A stretch of 64,000 nt of DNA from Myxococcota bacterium (GTDB lineage: Bacteria > Myxococcota_A > UBA9042 > PHBI01 > JAWLBL01), in assembly GCA_041687695.1 (NCBI GenBank), contig JAWLBL010000020.1, positions 64,001 through 128,000 of the forward strand, in the 5' to 3' direction. The notes beneath the pieces were generated by a model. That model worked only from the letters and a program-made list of their open reading frames with translations. It had not been told where the DNA came from and did not search any database. Made by a program: the position numbers and the translations under genes. Positions 55,707 to 64,000 of the stretch are shown here, piece after piece (position 1 is the first letter of the stretch; every line of letters begins with the position of its first letter).

Positions 55707-58700
55707 ATGAGAACGGAAGGGAGCACCATGGGCACTGCCACGCACAACGCCTCGCTATGGCGCCGTCTCATGATCCTGGGTCTGTCGGCCGCAGTCGGCC
55801 TCGTCGCCGCGTGCAGCGACGACGACGGCAAGGGCGACAACTTCGTCATCTCCGATGACCTGGCGATTCGCGTCGAGCCCAACCCGATCGTCTTCGGCGC
55901 CGTCGCCGTCGGCAACCAGGAGGTCCGCGACGTCATCATCAGCCACAACGGCACGTCGGGTACGCTCGAGCTGCGTAGCCTCGAGCTGGTCACGAGCAGC
56001 GCCGACCTGTCGATGACGCAGCCGACGGTGCTCCGCCTCGCCCCGGGTGAGACGACCAGCTTCACGGTCACCTACGTCCCCTCGGACGAGCTGGCCGACA
56101 GCGGCGTGGTGCGTATCGCGACCAACATCCCGGTGGCGGGCGGCACCCAGACGCTCGAGGTGCCGGTCACGACGCCGCAGTCGTCGGGCATGCTGTTCGC
56201 GCAGCCCAGCACCGTCGACTTCGGGAAGGTGCAGACCGGCACGACGGCCAACAAGACCGTCTCCATCCGCAACGTCGGGTTCAGCGAGGTCACGGTCTCG
56301 GATCTCGCCATCGGCAAGGGCGGCAGCGAGGACTTCGGGATCGTCACGACCCCCGAGCTGCCGCTCAAGGTCCAGCCGGACGGCGCCTTCGAGGTCGAGC
56401 TGTCCTACACGCCGACCCTCGGAGACATCGACAGCAATCAGCTGATCGTCACCTACGCCGACAAGCAGAACGACGGCGAGCACAAGGTCCTGCTTCGTGG
56501 CGAGGAGGTCGCGCCGCGCCTCGTGATCTTCCCGAACCCGGTCGACTTCGGAAAGCGCGCGACGAACGAGACGCACGAGATCACGGTGAACCTGGCCAAC
56601 CAGGGCGACCTCCCGCTGGTCATCACCAAGATCGAGCGCGTCGACATGGGCGAGTGGAGCGACACCGTCACGGTCGAGGACGTCCCCGCGGGCGGCCTGA
56701 CCCTGGCTGACGCGACCCCGGCGGGCATCAAGGTGTCCTTCACGCCGCCGGGTGACATGCCGGTCCTCACTTCGCCCGTGGCCGGCCTGCGCATCATCAG
56801 CAACGACCCGGCCGGCGCCGGCGAGACCCTGGTGCCGGTCTTCGGTCGCCCCGACGCCCCGTCGCTGCAGGTCAACCCGCCCGAGCTCGTGGACTTCGGC
56901 TTCGTCGCGCAGAACCTGACCACCAAGCGGATCGTCTCGCTGTACAACGGCGGATCGGCCGACCTGGTCGTCGATGCCCTGACGGTGCTCGATGACACGG
57001 GCGCCCTGGCCGGCGAGTACACGCTGGCCGTGGACGCGACCTGGGGTCCCACGGCCTCGCCCGCCACTTCTGGCGTCATTCCGCCGGGCGAGTCCCGCAA
57101 GGTCGGCGTCCTGTTCACGAACAACGGCGGCGACACCGGCACGGCCTGGGGCAAGCTGATCATCGACAGCCAGGACGGCGACAACCCCAGCTGGGAGGTC
57201 ACCCTCAAGGCGCAGCGCGCCGGCGCCCCCACCTGCGAGGTGCAGCTGGTCCCCGACCTCGTCGACTATGGCATCGTCCCCCGCGGCTTCACCAAGACCA
57301 TGAAGTTCCAGCTGGTCAACGTGGGCTCGGGTGAGTGCGGCTTCCACAGCGCCTTCGTCAACGACTGCGCGTCGGGCATCCCGTTCCCCATCCCCGGCTT
57401 CCCCATCTCGGCCAACTGCGCGGATCCGTCGAACACGCCGCAGATCGATGGCAACAGCACCGTCTACACCGTCACGCAGAAGCCCTTCTCGGCCGCCAAC
57501 AACCTCAAGCCTGGGATGTCCTACCCGGTCGCCGTGACCTTCACGCCGCCGCAGTCGGCGCCCATCTTCGGCGACGAGACGACGGCCTACCCGGGCCTGC
57601 TCGGCGTCCGCATCACCGACCCCTACAACCCGGGCGGCGGCAACGTCATCTACCCCATGGCCCAGAGCGCCGGGACCTGGCTGCCCAACCTGCACGCGAA
57701 GTCGGGCATGGCCGAGCTCAGCGTCTTCCCGCAGGAGCTGGACTTCGGCGTCGTCACCATCGGCTGCCACAGCCAGACCTTCACGGTGACCGCGTACAAC
57801 GTCGGCACGGCGCCGCTGGACATCACCGACTGGGAGCTGGTCGGCTGCACGCCCGAGTTCAAGGTCAAGGACTACCCCGCCCTCGACGAGCCGGTCGGTG
57901 ACGGGACCTTCAAGAAGACGCTGAACCCCGAGGCGGGCGTCGAGTTCAAGGTCGCTTACGCGCCACAGGACGAGAGCCAGAAGTCGCCCGAGAACCCCGA
58001 CGAGTACGTCAAGGAGTCCTGCGGGCTCGCCCTGTACACCAACGGCTCCGACACGCCGGCGGCCGTCGTGCCGCTGCTGGGCGCGGGGACCTACGAGACC
58101 GAGCACACCGACGAGTTCATCCAGAAGAGCGGTCAGGACGTGGACGTCCTCTTCGTGGTCGACAACTCCGGGTCGATGAGCGAGGAGCAGAACAACCTGT
58201 CCAAGAACTTCGGCAACTTCGTCAACCAGGCGACGACCTGGAACAACGACTATCAGATTGGCGTCATCTCGACCGACATCGACAAGGACGGCGGCATGCT
58301 GCTCGGCACGCCGCGCTTCGTGACCAAGGCGACCGTCGGCCAGTTCGGTAACAACGTGAAGCTGGGCACCAACGGGTCGGGCACCGAGCAGGGTCTCGCT
58401 GCGGCCCAGATGGCCCTGAGCCTGCCGCTGACGGCGGACTCGACGACCGCATGCACGTCGGCCGCCCAGTGCAACCAGGGCGAGGCCTGCGTCGACGGCT
58501 TCTGCGGCGGGCCCAACCGCGCCTTCATGCGCAAGGACGCGGCCCTCGAGGTCGTGTTCGTCAGCGACGAGGACGACTACTCGCCGGCGGACATCAACTT
58601 CTACATCAACTTCTTCAAGAACATCAAAGGCTTCTACAACAGCAACCTGATGCACGCGCACGCCATCGTCGGGCCGTCGGGTGGCTGCTCGTCGTCCAAT

Positions 58701-59039
58701 GGCGACGCGATCGCGGGTCACCGCTACATCGAGGTGGCCAAGGCGACCGGCGGCAACATCATCAGCATCTGCGAGTCCGACTTCTCGACCGGCCTGAAGT
58801 CGATCGGTGAGATCGCCTTCGGCCTCAAGGTCCAATTCTTCCTGACCCGCACGGCCCAGCCGGCGACGCTCGAGGTGAAGGTCGCCGACGTCCCCTGCCC
58901 GGCGGTCAGCGGTGGTCAGACCAACTGGCACTACGACCAGCCCAGCAACTCGGTCGTGTTCAACGAGACCGGCGCCTGCATGCCGCAGCCCGGCGACAAG
59001 GTCTGGATTCACTACGAGACCCTCTGCTTCCTCGAGTAG
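55707..59039 (+). CDS. Lipoprotein 3: about six choice-of-anchor-D/ASH-like Ig domains plus C-terminal vWA domain
   Basis: VAAC lipobox; repeated (V/L)DFG.V...N.G; VDVLFVVDNSGSMSEEQ (MIDAS DxSxS), GSGTEQG, VFVSDEDD; start at 55707 or 55728. Confidence 0.82.
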   Translation: MRTEGSTMGTATHNASLWRRLMILGLSAAVGLVAACSDDDGKGDNFVISDDLAIRVEPNPIVFGAVAVGNQEVRDVIISHNGTSGTLELRSLELVTSSADLSMTQPTVLRLAPGETTSFTVTYVPSDELADSGVVRIATNIPVAGGTQTLEVPVTTPQSSGMLFAQPSTVDFGKVQTGTTANKTVSIRNVGFSEVTVSDLAIGKGGSEDFGIVTTPELPLKVQPDGAFEVELSYTPTLGDIDSNQLIVTYADKQNDGEHKVLLRGEEVAPRLVIFPNPVDFGKRATNETHEITVNLANQGDLPLVITKIERVDMGEWSDTVTVEDVPAGGLTLADATPAGIKVSFTPPGDMPVLTSPVAGLRIISNDPAGAGETLVPVFGRPDAPSLQVNPPELVDFGFVAQNLTTKRIVSLYNGGSADLVVDALTVLDDTGALAGEYTLAVDATWGPTASPATSGVIPPGESRKVGVLFTNNGGDTGTAWGKLIIDSQDGDNPSWEVTLKAQRAGAPTCEVQLVPDLVDYGIVPRGFTKTMKFQLVNVGSGECGFHSAFVNDCASGIPFPIPGFPISANCADPSNTPQIDGNSTVYTVTQKPFSAANNLKPGMSYPVAVTFTPPQSAPIFGDETTAYPGLLGVRITDPYNPGGGNVIYPMAQSAGTWLPNLHAKSGMAELSVFPQELDFGVVTIGCHSQTFTVTAYNVGTAPLDITDWELVGCTPEFKVKDYPALDEPVGDGTFKKTLNPEAGVEFKVAYAPQDESQKSPENPDEYVKESCGLALYTNGSDTPAAVVPLLGAGTYETEHTDEFIQKSGQDVDVLFVVDNSGSMSEEQNNLSKNFGNFVNQATTWNNDYQIGVISTDIDKDGGMLLGTPRFVTKATVGQFGNNVKLGTNGSGTEQGLAAAQMALSLPLTADSTTACTSAAQCNQGEACVDGFCGGPNRAFMRKDAALEVVFVSDEDDYSPADINFYINFFKNIKGFYNSNLMHAHAIVGPSGGCSSSNGDAIAGHRYIEVAKATGGNIISICESDFSTGLKSIGEIAFGLKVQFFLTRTAQPATLEVKVADVPCPAVSGGQTNWHYDQPSNSVVFNETGACMPQPGDKVWIHYETLCFLE

Positions 59040-59119
59040 GAGCGCGGGGGCTTCGAGTCGCGCGTCAGGTACGGACCGCTCCGTGGCCTGACGCGCCGAT
59101 TCCTGCGGGCGCGTCGGCG

Positions 59120-59148
59120 TTGAGTCGGCGCGCCCGAGCCGTTAAAGT
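59120..59148 (+). promoter_or_regulatory. Putative sigma70-type promoter of Ig-lipoprotein 4 / rnhA
   Basis: TTGAGT-N17-TAAAGT. Confidence 0.45.
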
Positions 59149-59178
59149 GCTGCGTCCGAACGCCGAGGGAGGCTGAAC

Positions 59179-61065
59179 GTGCGACGTTGGATGGTGAAGG
59201 CCGCGGCCGCCGCGATGGCGGTGGCGATGACGGCGGCATGTGGCGACGACTTCGAGGTCAACGAGTTCCCCCGCATCGAGGTCGCGGTCGAAGGCGACCC
59301 CGTGGACGAGGCCGGCGGAGAGGTCCGCTTCACGACGGCGCTGCAGAGCTCCATCGACATGACCGTGCGGATCACCAACCCGGGCAACAAGCCCTTGGTG
59401 GTCTCGAAGGTGGCCTGGGAGGTCGACGAGCTGACCGGGGTGACGGCCAAGAACGAGTACGTCACCCTCTCGGGTCAGCCCGTCGGTTCGACGACGGTCT
59501 CCCACACCGACGGGTTCGGCCTGACGTTCAAGGTCCGCTACACGCCGCCGCTCGGCAAGGCGCTCGACGACTTCTCGTCTTCGGTGCTGATCATCGAGTC
59601 CAACGCCCGCGACCGCGCCAACAAGAAGAACATCGACCGCATCGCCATCACCTTCTCGATGCCCGAGGACCGGGCGTATCCCGAGATCTCGCCGAACCCG
59701 TACACCTTCCAGAACGCCACGCCCACCAAGCCCGAGCAGCAGACGTTCTTCATCACCAACGACACCGAGCTGGCCACCACCTCGTTCCAGGTCACGGGCA
59801 TCCGCCTCGCCAAGAGCTCCGACGAGTTCACGCTCCTCGATCTGCCGAACCTGCCTGCCACCGTCGCCAAGCCAGACCCCATCCTGGGTTCCGTGCCCGT
59901 GACCTTCAAGGTGCAGTACCGCCCGGTCGACGAAGGCAACGACACCAACACCCTGGTGGTCGAGACCGATCAAGGCACCTTCAACGTGCCGCTCAGCAGC
60001 AGCTTCAACCCGGGTGGCTATTCGGTCAGCTACTCCCACGTCGACCTGTTCGATTTCTCGAACGTCAACGCCATCGACGTCCGCAACGTCAGCGTGCTCT
60101 CCGAGGGGCCGGGTGTCTTGGCCATCAAGGAGCCGCGCATCGAGCCGGCCGAGGCCAACGACGTCTTCTCCTTCAAGGTCCTGAAGCCGGCGACCAAGCC
60201 TGACGAGGAGCCGTCCGAGATCACCAAGTTCCCGCAGGCCTTCGCGGCCGGGAAGTCCTTCGAGATCGAGGTCACCTACGCGCCGGGCGCCGATCCGACC
60301 AAGAGCCCCAACGGCCGCCTCATCGTCCCCTACACCGCGCCCGACAGCGGCGAGATGGTCTTCGAGCTGTGGGCCGGCACGCCCAAGCCGCTCGTCTCCA
60401 TCGCTCCGTTCACCAAGCTCGTGGCCGTCAACGCCGACGCGGCCAGCGGCGCGACGGGCACGCGCAACGTCGTGGTCTACAACTACGGCAACGGCGCGCT
60501 GACCGTGAACGACGTGACGATGCAGGGCTCGAGCGACCTGACCAAGCGCGTGTTCGACCTGACCAACAAGCCCGCCGCCGACACGGTCGTGCCGCCCGGC
60601 GGCGCGCTGGTCCTCGAGGTCGCCTGGGACGCCAGCAAGTACGCCCCGCAGAACCTCGACGAGTTCCTGCACGTCCACTACATCCACGGCTTCACGGGCG
60701 AGGCCACCTCCGAGACGGTCGCGCTCGTCTTCTACGACGACCCGGGCGTGCCCCCGACCGCCGTCGCTGGGCCCGAGGCTGGTTACGCCGGCACCGTCGG
60801 CGAGGAGCTGACGCTCGACGGCAGCGGCTCGACCGGTGGCGACTTTACGCTCGGCGCGAACAGCTACCTCTGGTACCTGACCGATCTGCCCGCGGGTTCG
60901 CGCGCCAGGCTGAACGTCGAGAACGGGCCGTTCCCCAGCTTCGTCCCTGACGTCGCTGGCTCGTACACGGTCGAGCTGGTCGTGTACGCGGTCGACTCGG
61001 CCACCTCGGACTTCCTGACGTCGGCCCCGCACAGCGTGACCGTGGACGTTCAGGCGGCCCCTTGA
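59179..61065 (+). CDS. Lipoprotein 4: about four diverged Ig-like domains plus C-terminal PKD-like domain
   Basis: TAAC lipobox; ITNPGNKPL, VYNYGNGAL; PTAVAGP...LTLDGSGS...YLW...PDVAGSYTVELVV; GTG 59179 or ATG 59191. Confidence 0.75.
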   Translation: MRRWMVKAAAAAMAVAMTAACGDDFEVNEFPRIEVAVEGDPVDEAGGEVRFTTALQSSIDMTVRITNPGNKPLVVSKVAWEVDELTGVTAKNEYVTLSGQPVGSTTVSHTDGFGLTFKVRYTPPLGKALDDFSSSVLIIESNARDRANKKNIDRIAITFSMPEDRAYPEISPNPYTFQNATPTKPEQQTFFITNDTELATTSFQVTGIRLAKSSDEFTLLDLPNLPATVAKPDPILGSVPVTFKVQYRPVDEGNDTNTLVVETDQGTFNVPLSSSFNPGGYSVSYSHVDLFDFSNVNAIDVRNVSVLSEGPGVLAIKEPRIEPAEANDVFSFKVLKPATKPDEEPSEITKFPQAFAAGKSFEIEVTYAPGADPTKSPNGRLIVPYTAPDSGEMVFELWAGTPKPLVSIAPFTKLVAVNADAASGATGTRNVVVYNYGNGALTVNDVTMQGSSDLTKRVFDLTNKPAADTVVPPGGALVLEVAWDASKYAPQNLDEFLHVHYIHGFTGEATSETVALVFYDDPGVPPTAVAGPEAGYAGTVGEELTLDGSGSTGGDFTLGANSYLWYLTDLPAGSRARLNVENGPFPSFVPDVAGSYTVELVVYAVDSATSDFLTSAPHSVTVDVQAAP

Positions 61066-61754
61066 GCGACGAGCTCTGGATCGCCGCCCGCTTCCGCGAC
61101 GACGAGGTCTTCGCCCGCTGCACGAAGGACGGCCAGTTCGTCCTCGAGCGCGGGCTGGTCCCCATCAAGTACACGGCGGGCGGCAAGACCTACGCCACGC
61201 GGCCCGAGCGGCTCGAGCCCGTCGAGGGCGTGACCCCCGGGCCGCTACAGGCTCCGCCCGCCAAGGCCAAGGCCGCAGGCGCCAAGGCGCCGGGCAAGGC
61301 GCGGCGAGGCATGGGGGGCGGCGACTACACCATGCGCCGGCCCGAGGACCAGGCCATCCAGCTGTGGACGGACGGGGCCTGCACGGGCAACCCGGGCCCG
61401 GCGGGGCTGGGTGTGGTCTATCGCCACCGAGGCGAGGTGCGAGAGCTCTCGGAGTACCTCGGGCAGGGCACGAACAACATCGCCGAGCTGACGGCGATCC
61501 TGCGCGGCGTCGAGCTGGTGCGGGATCCCAAGACGCCCGTCGACATCATGACCGACTCGACCTACTGCATCGGCCTGCTGACGATGGGGTGGAAGGCCAA
61601 GGCCAACCAGGCGCTGGTGGCCACGCTTCGCGACGCCGTGGGTCGCCTCGAGGACGTTCGCCTGCTGAAGGTGCCTGGCCACGCAGGCGTCGACGACAAC
61701 GAGCGTGCCGACGAGCTGGCGCGCGAGGCCATCGTGACGCGCCGCACCCGCTGA
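61062..61754 (+). CDS. rnhA: Ribonuclease HI with N-terminal extension
   Basis: WTDGACTGNPG, TNNIAEL, TDSTY, VPGHAG...NERADELA; TTG start overlapping the upstream TGA. Confidence 0.92.
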   Translation: MSDELWIAARFRDDEVFARCTKDGQFVLERGLVPIKYTAGGKTYATRPERLEPVEGVTPGPLQAPPAKAKAAGAKAPGKARRGMGGGDYTMRRPEDQAIQLWTDGACTGNPGPAGLGVVYRHRGEVRELSEYLGQGTNNIAELTAILRGVELVRDPKTPVDIMTDSTYCIGLLTMGWKAKANQALVATLRDAVGRLEDVRLLKVPGHAGVDDNERADELAREAIVTRRTR

Positions 61755-61784
61755 CGAACGGGGGACCGAGGAGACCGCAGGCGC

Positions 61785-61839
61785 ACTGAACATAAATGAC
61801 GTGAACAATCTTGACGCTGTCACGCATGTTCAGTAGCTT
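61785..61839 (+). promoter_or_regulatory. lexA promoter overlapped by three operator-like repeats
   Basis: TTGACG(61811)-N17-TAGCTT(61834); TGAACA-N4-TGACR at 61787-61801, 61802-61816 and, inverted, 61818-61832. Confidence 0.75.
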
Positions 61840-61932
61840 GCCTACGTTCCCCTCGTTCAACCCCAACGCGTGGCCCAGCCGCGCGGTTCCTGGCGCGCCT
61901 TCACACGCGCCGACGTCACGCGGAGCAGGCCC

Positions 61933-62577
61933 ATGAACAAGCGCGAGAAGCTGACCGAGCGCCAGGAGCAGGTCCTCGAGTGCATCCAGCGCTCGATCGA
62001 GCAGGCGGGCTACCCGCCAACGATCCGCGAGATCGGCGCCGAGTTGGGGATCCGGTCGACCAACGCGGTCAACGACCACCTCAAGGCGCTCGAGCGCAAG
62101 GGCTACCTGAACCGCAACGAGGCCAAGAGCCGCGCCCTCGTCCCCGTCGACGCCGCGGACTCGCCGACGGCGCACGCCGAGGACATGCTCGAGATCCCCA
62201 TCCTCGGCCGCATCGCCGCCGGACAGCCCATCCTGGCCGTCGAGAACATCGAGGATCGGGTCCGCATCGATCGCTACTTCGTCGGGCGCGCGACCGAGCT
62301 CTTCGGGCTGCGGGTGGTCGGCGACTCCATGATCGGCGACGGCATCCAGGACGGCGACTTCATCTTCGTCCGCAAGCAGAACCACGCGCCCACTGGCGAG
62401 ATCGTGGTCGCCTGGATCGACGGAGAGGCCACCGTCAAGCGCTACTTCCCCGAGGGCGACCGCATCCGCTTCCAGCCCTCGAACCCGCGGCTGCAGCCCA
62501 TCTACGTCGCCGCCGGGGACTTCCGCGAGACGCAGATCCTCGGTGTCGTCGTCGGCATCTACCGTAAGCTCAACTGA
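61933..62577 (+). CDS. lexA: SOS repressor LexA
   Basis: [30 protein letters not shown] cleavage site, GDSM, ATVKR. Confidence 0.97.
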   Translation: MNKREKLTERQEQVLECIQRSIEQAGYPPTIREIGAELGIRSTNAVNDHLKALERKGYLNRNEAKSRALVPVDAADSPTAHAEDMLEIPILGRIAAGQPILAVENIEDRVRIDRYFVGRATELFGLRVVGDSMIGDGIQDGDFIFVRKQNHAPTGEIVVAWIDGEATVKRYFPEGDRIRFQPSNPRLQPIYVAAGDFRETQILGVVVGIYRKLN

Positions 62578-62580
62578 ACG

Positions 62581-62618
62581 CGAGCGGGGGGCGCCGTACG
62601 CTGCGCCCCCCCGCCTCG
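62581..62618 (+). terminator. GC-rich hairpin after lexA
   Basis: GCGGGGGGCG...CGCCCCCCGC stem; no U-tract. Confidence 0.45.
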
Positions 62619-62836
62619 CCAAGCCGCGCTGCTCGCGCGTCGGACCTCGGGGCCTGGCGCGAGGCACGCCCCGCTTCGCTGCAGGAGCCCTGGGCCCCCT
62701 CCGAACCCGCGCCGCGGGGCCCTCCAGGGCATGGTCGCGACGTAGCTCGCGCCGAAGCGCGCTCGCGACCTTCGAGCCTCTCGCATGGACTTCGCGAAGG
62801 GATCTGGGCGCCCGGTACGATGGGACTCGGTGTCCT

Positions 62837-63490
62837 GCGACGGTCGGCTACTTCCAGGCGGCGTTCAGCGACGGCCGACTGCGCCCAGCCGGGGAGTCGC
62901 GATGGGCGGCTACTCGAGGGTGTCGTATTGATGCCGGCGGAGGCGCCTTGGAGTGCTCCGGCTTGCCGGAGCCCCTGCCCCGGCGGCTTGCCGCCGGGAT
63001 CTGGCCCCCCACCCGGCGCAGCAAGCTGCGCCGGGTGGGGGCTCCACCAAGGTGGAGCGCTCGGGTTGGAGCTTTTGCGACACCCTCTACCCCCAGGCGG
63101 CGTATCGCGATGGGCGGCTACTCGAGGGTGTCGTATCGACGCCGGCGGAGGTGCCTTGGAGTGCTCCGGCTTGCCGGAGCCCCGGCCCCGGCGGCTTGCC
63201 GCCGGGATCTGGCCCCCCACCCGGCGCAGCAAGCTGCGCCGGATGGGGGCTCCACCAAGGTGGAGCGCTCCGGTTGACCTCCGGCTTGCCGTAGCCCCGG
63301 CCCCGGCGGCTTGCCGCCGGGTTCTGGCCACCAAGCCGGCGCAGCAAGCTGCGCCGGGTGGGGGCTCGACCAAGGTGGAGCGCTCCGGTTGACCGTCTGC
63401 GACACCCTCTACCCCCAGGCGGCGAGTCGCGACGGCAGGCTTCGCCCAGGTGTCGTTCCGCGATGGCAGGCTTCGCGCACGTGGCGTCCC
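62837..63490. repeat. Intergenic mosaic repeat: ~208-bp duplicated unit containing stacked palindromes, plus degenerate ~31-bp units
   Basis: 62897-63104 is nearly repeated from 63105; the palindrome cassette occurs three times (about 62955, 63163, 63279). Confidence 0.9.
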
Positions 63491-63524
63491 GCTCGCATGG
63501 GCACGCGTGCGGGGCTACCGAACC

Positions 63525-63998
63525 TCAGCGTCGGCGCTTGATGCTCACCCGCACCAGGCGCGGCCCGCCATCGGTCGCTGCCACCGGGGTGAAGTCCAGC
63601 AGGCCCAGGTGCAGCTCGACCAGGCGCCCGCTCTCGAGTCGGATCGTCGCGCGCTCGTCACCGTCGGTCTCGACGACCTGGCAGGCGCCCAGGGTGGGGT
63701 GATGCAGGCGGTCGCCGGCGACGATGTCGGCCGGGCTCAGCGCCACGCGTTGCTGGGACGCGGCAGGTGGGGCCGGCGGCTGGGTATTTCGCGTCGCCCG
63801 GACGGTAGGGACCGGCTCGGAGGCTTCGTCCGAGATGAGCGGCCCCGACCCCAGCTCCATGTGAAGCCAGGTCTCCAGCCCGGTGCGGTCGTCGCGCGCC
63901 CGGTATAGGCGCATGTCGTCCCGGGTCTCCAGCGTGAACTCACAGGTCAGGACCTCGGCGGCGACCAGCTCGCCCGAGACGACCGACATCGCGCCGGC
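63525..63998 (-). CDS. C-terminal part of a probable PPC/DUF296-domain protein with an extra small C-terminal domain (truncated by the window end)
   Basis: Frame is open to the window edge; SGELVAAEVLTCEFTL...LYRARDDRTGLETW resembles the end of a PPC domain; GDRLHHPTLGACQV is SH3/KOW-like. Confidence 0.5.
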   Translation of the reverse strand, partial: AGAMSVVSGELVAAEVLTCEFTLETRDDMRLYRARDDRTGLETWLHMELGSGPLISDEASEPVPTVRATRNTQPPAPPAASQQRVALSPADIVAGDRLHHPTLGACQVVETDGDERATIRLESGRLVELHLGLLDFTPVAATDGGPRLVRVSIKRRR

Positions 63999-64000
63999 CG

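Noticed and set aside
62837..63490. CRISPR array
   Set aside because: Sequences between the palindromes are themselves repeated rather than unique spacers; unit lengths are irregular; no cas genes in the window
62543..63702. Overlapping ORFs across the repeat region
   Set aside because: The 208-bp period is not a multiple of 3, so the same peptides appear in different frames; no recognisable protein motifs

Overview
High-GC window whose gene content (MYXO-CTERM protein, Glt gliding-type genes, a myxobacterial-type LexA box) points to a Myxococcota-related bacterium. All product calls come from reading motifs by eye; no database search was run. The first ~40 kb is a gene-dense mix: DUF2723 membrane protein, a sigma54-preceded beta-propeller/di-heme cytochrome c lipoprotein, tandem QueD and PTPS-III-type genes, PilZ protein, Ser/Thr kinase, degenerate cyclase-ATPase-TPR protein, HAD/ECH fusion, pyrC, a candidate ceramide synthase/reductase pair, gluQ, orphan OppA, a large GT51 transglycosylase, a 12-repeat Cys-rich MYXO-CTERM protein facing a CPBP protease, rpsU, and mrfAB with an upstream SOS box. 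From 39.8 to 61 kb lies a cell-surface island: a minus-strand cluster resembling cglB-gltA/B-gltC-gltD-gltE followed by three tandem gltF/cglF-like genes (the middle one strongly diverged), transcribed divergently from four large Ig-fold lipoproteins (one with a vWA domain), each with its own promoter-like sequence. The window ends with rnhA (unusual N-terminal extension), lexA with three stacked operator-like repeats, and a ~650 bp non-coding mosaic of palindromic cassettes and ~31-bp units. No CRISPR array, tRNA, rRNA or transposase was seen.
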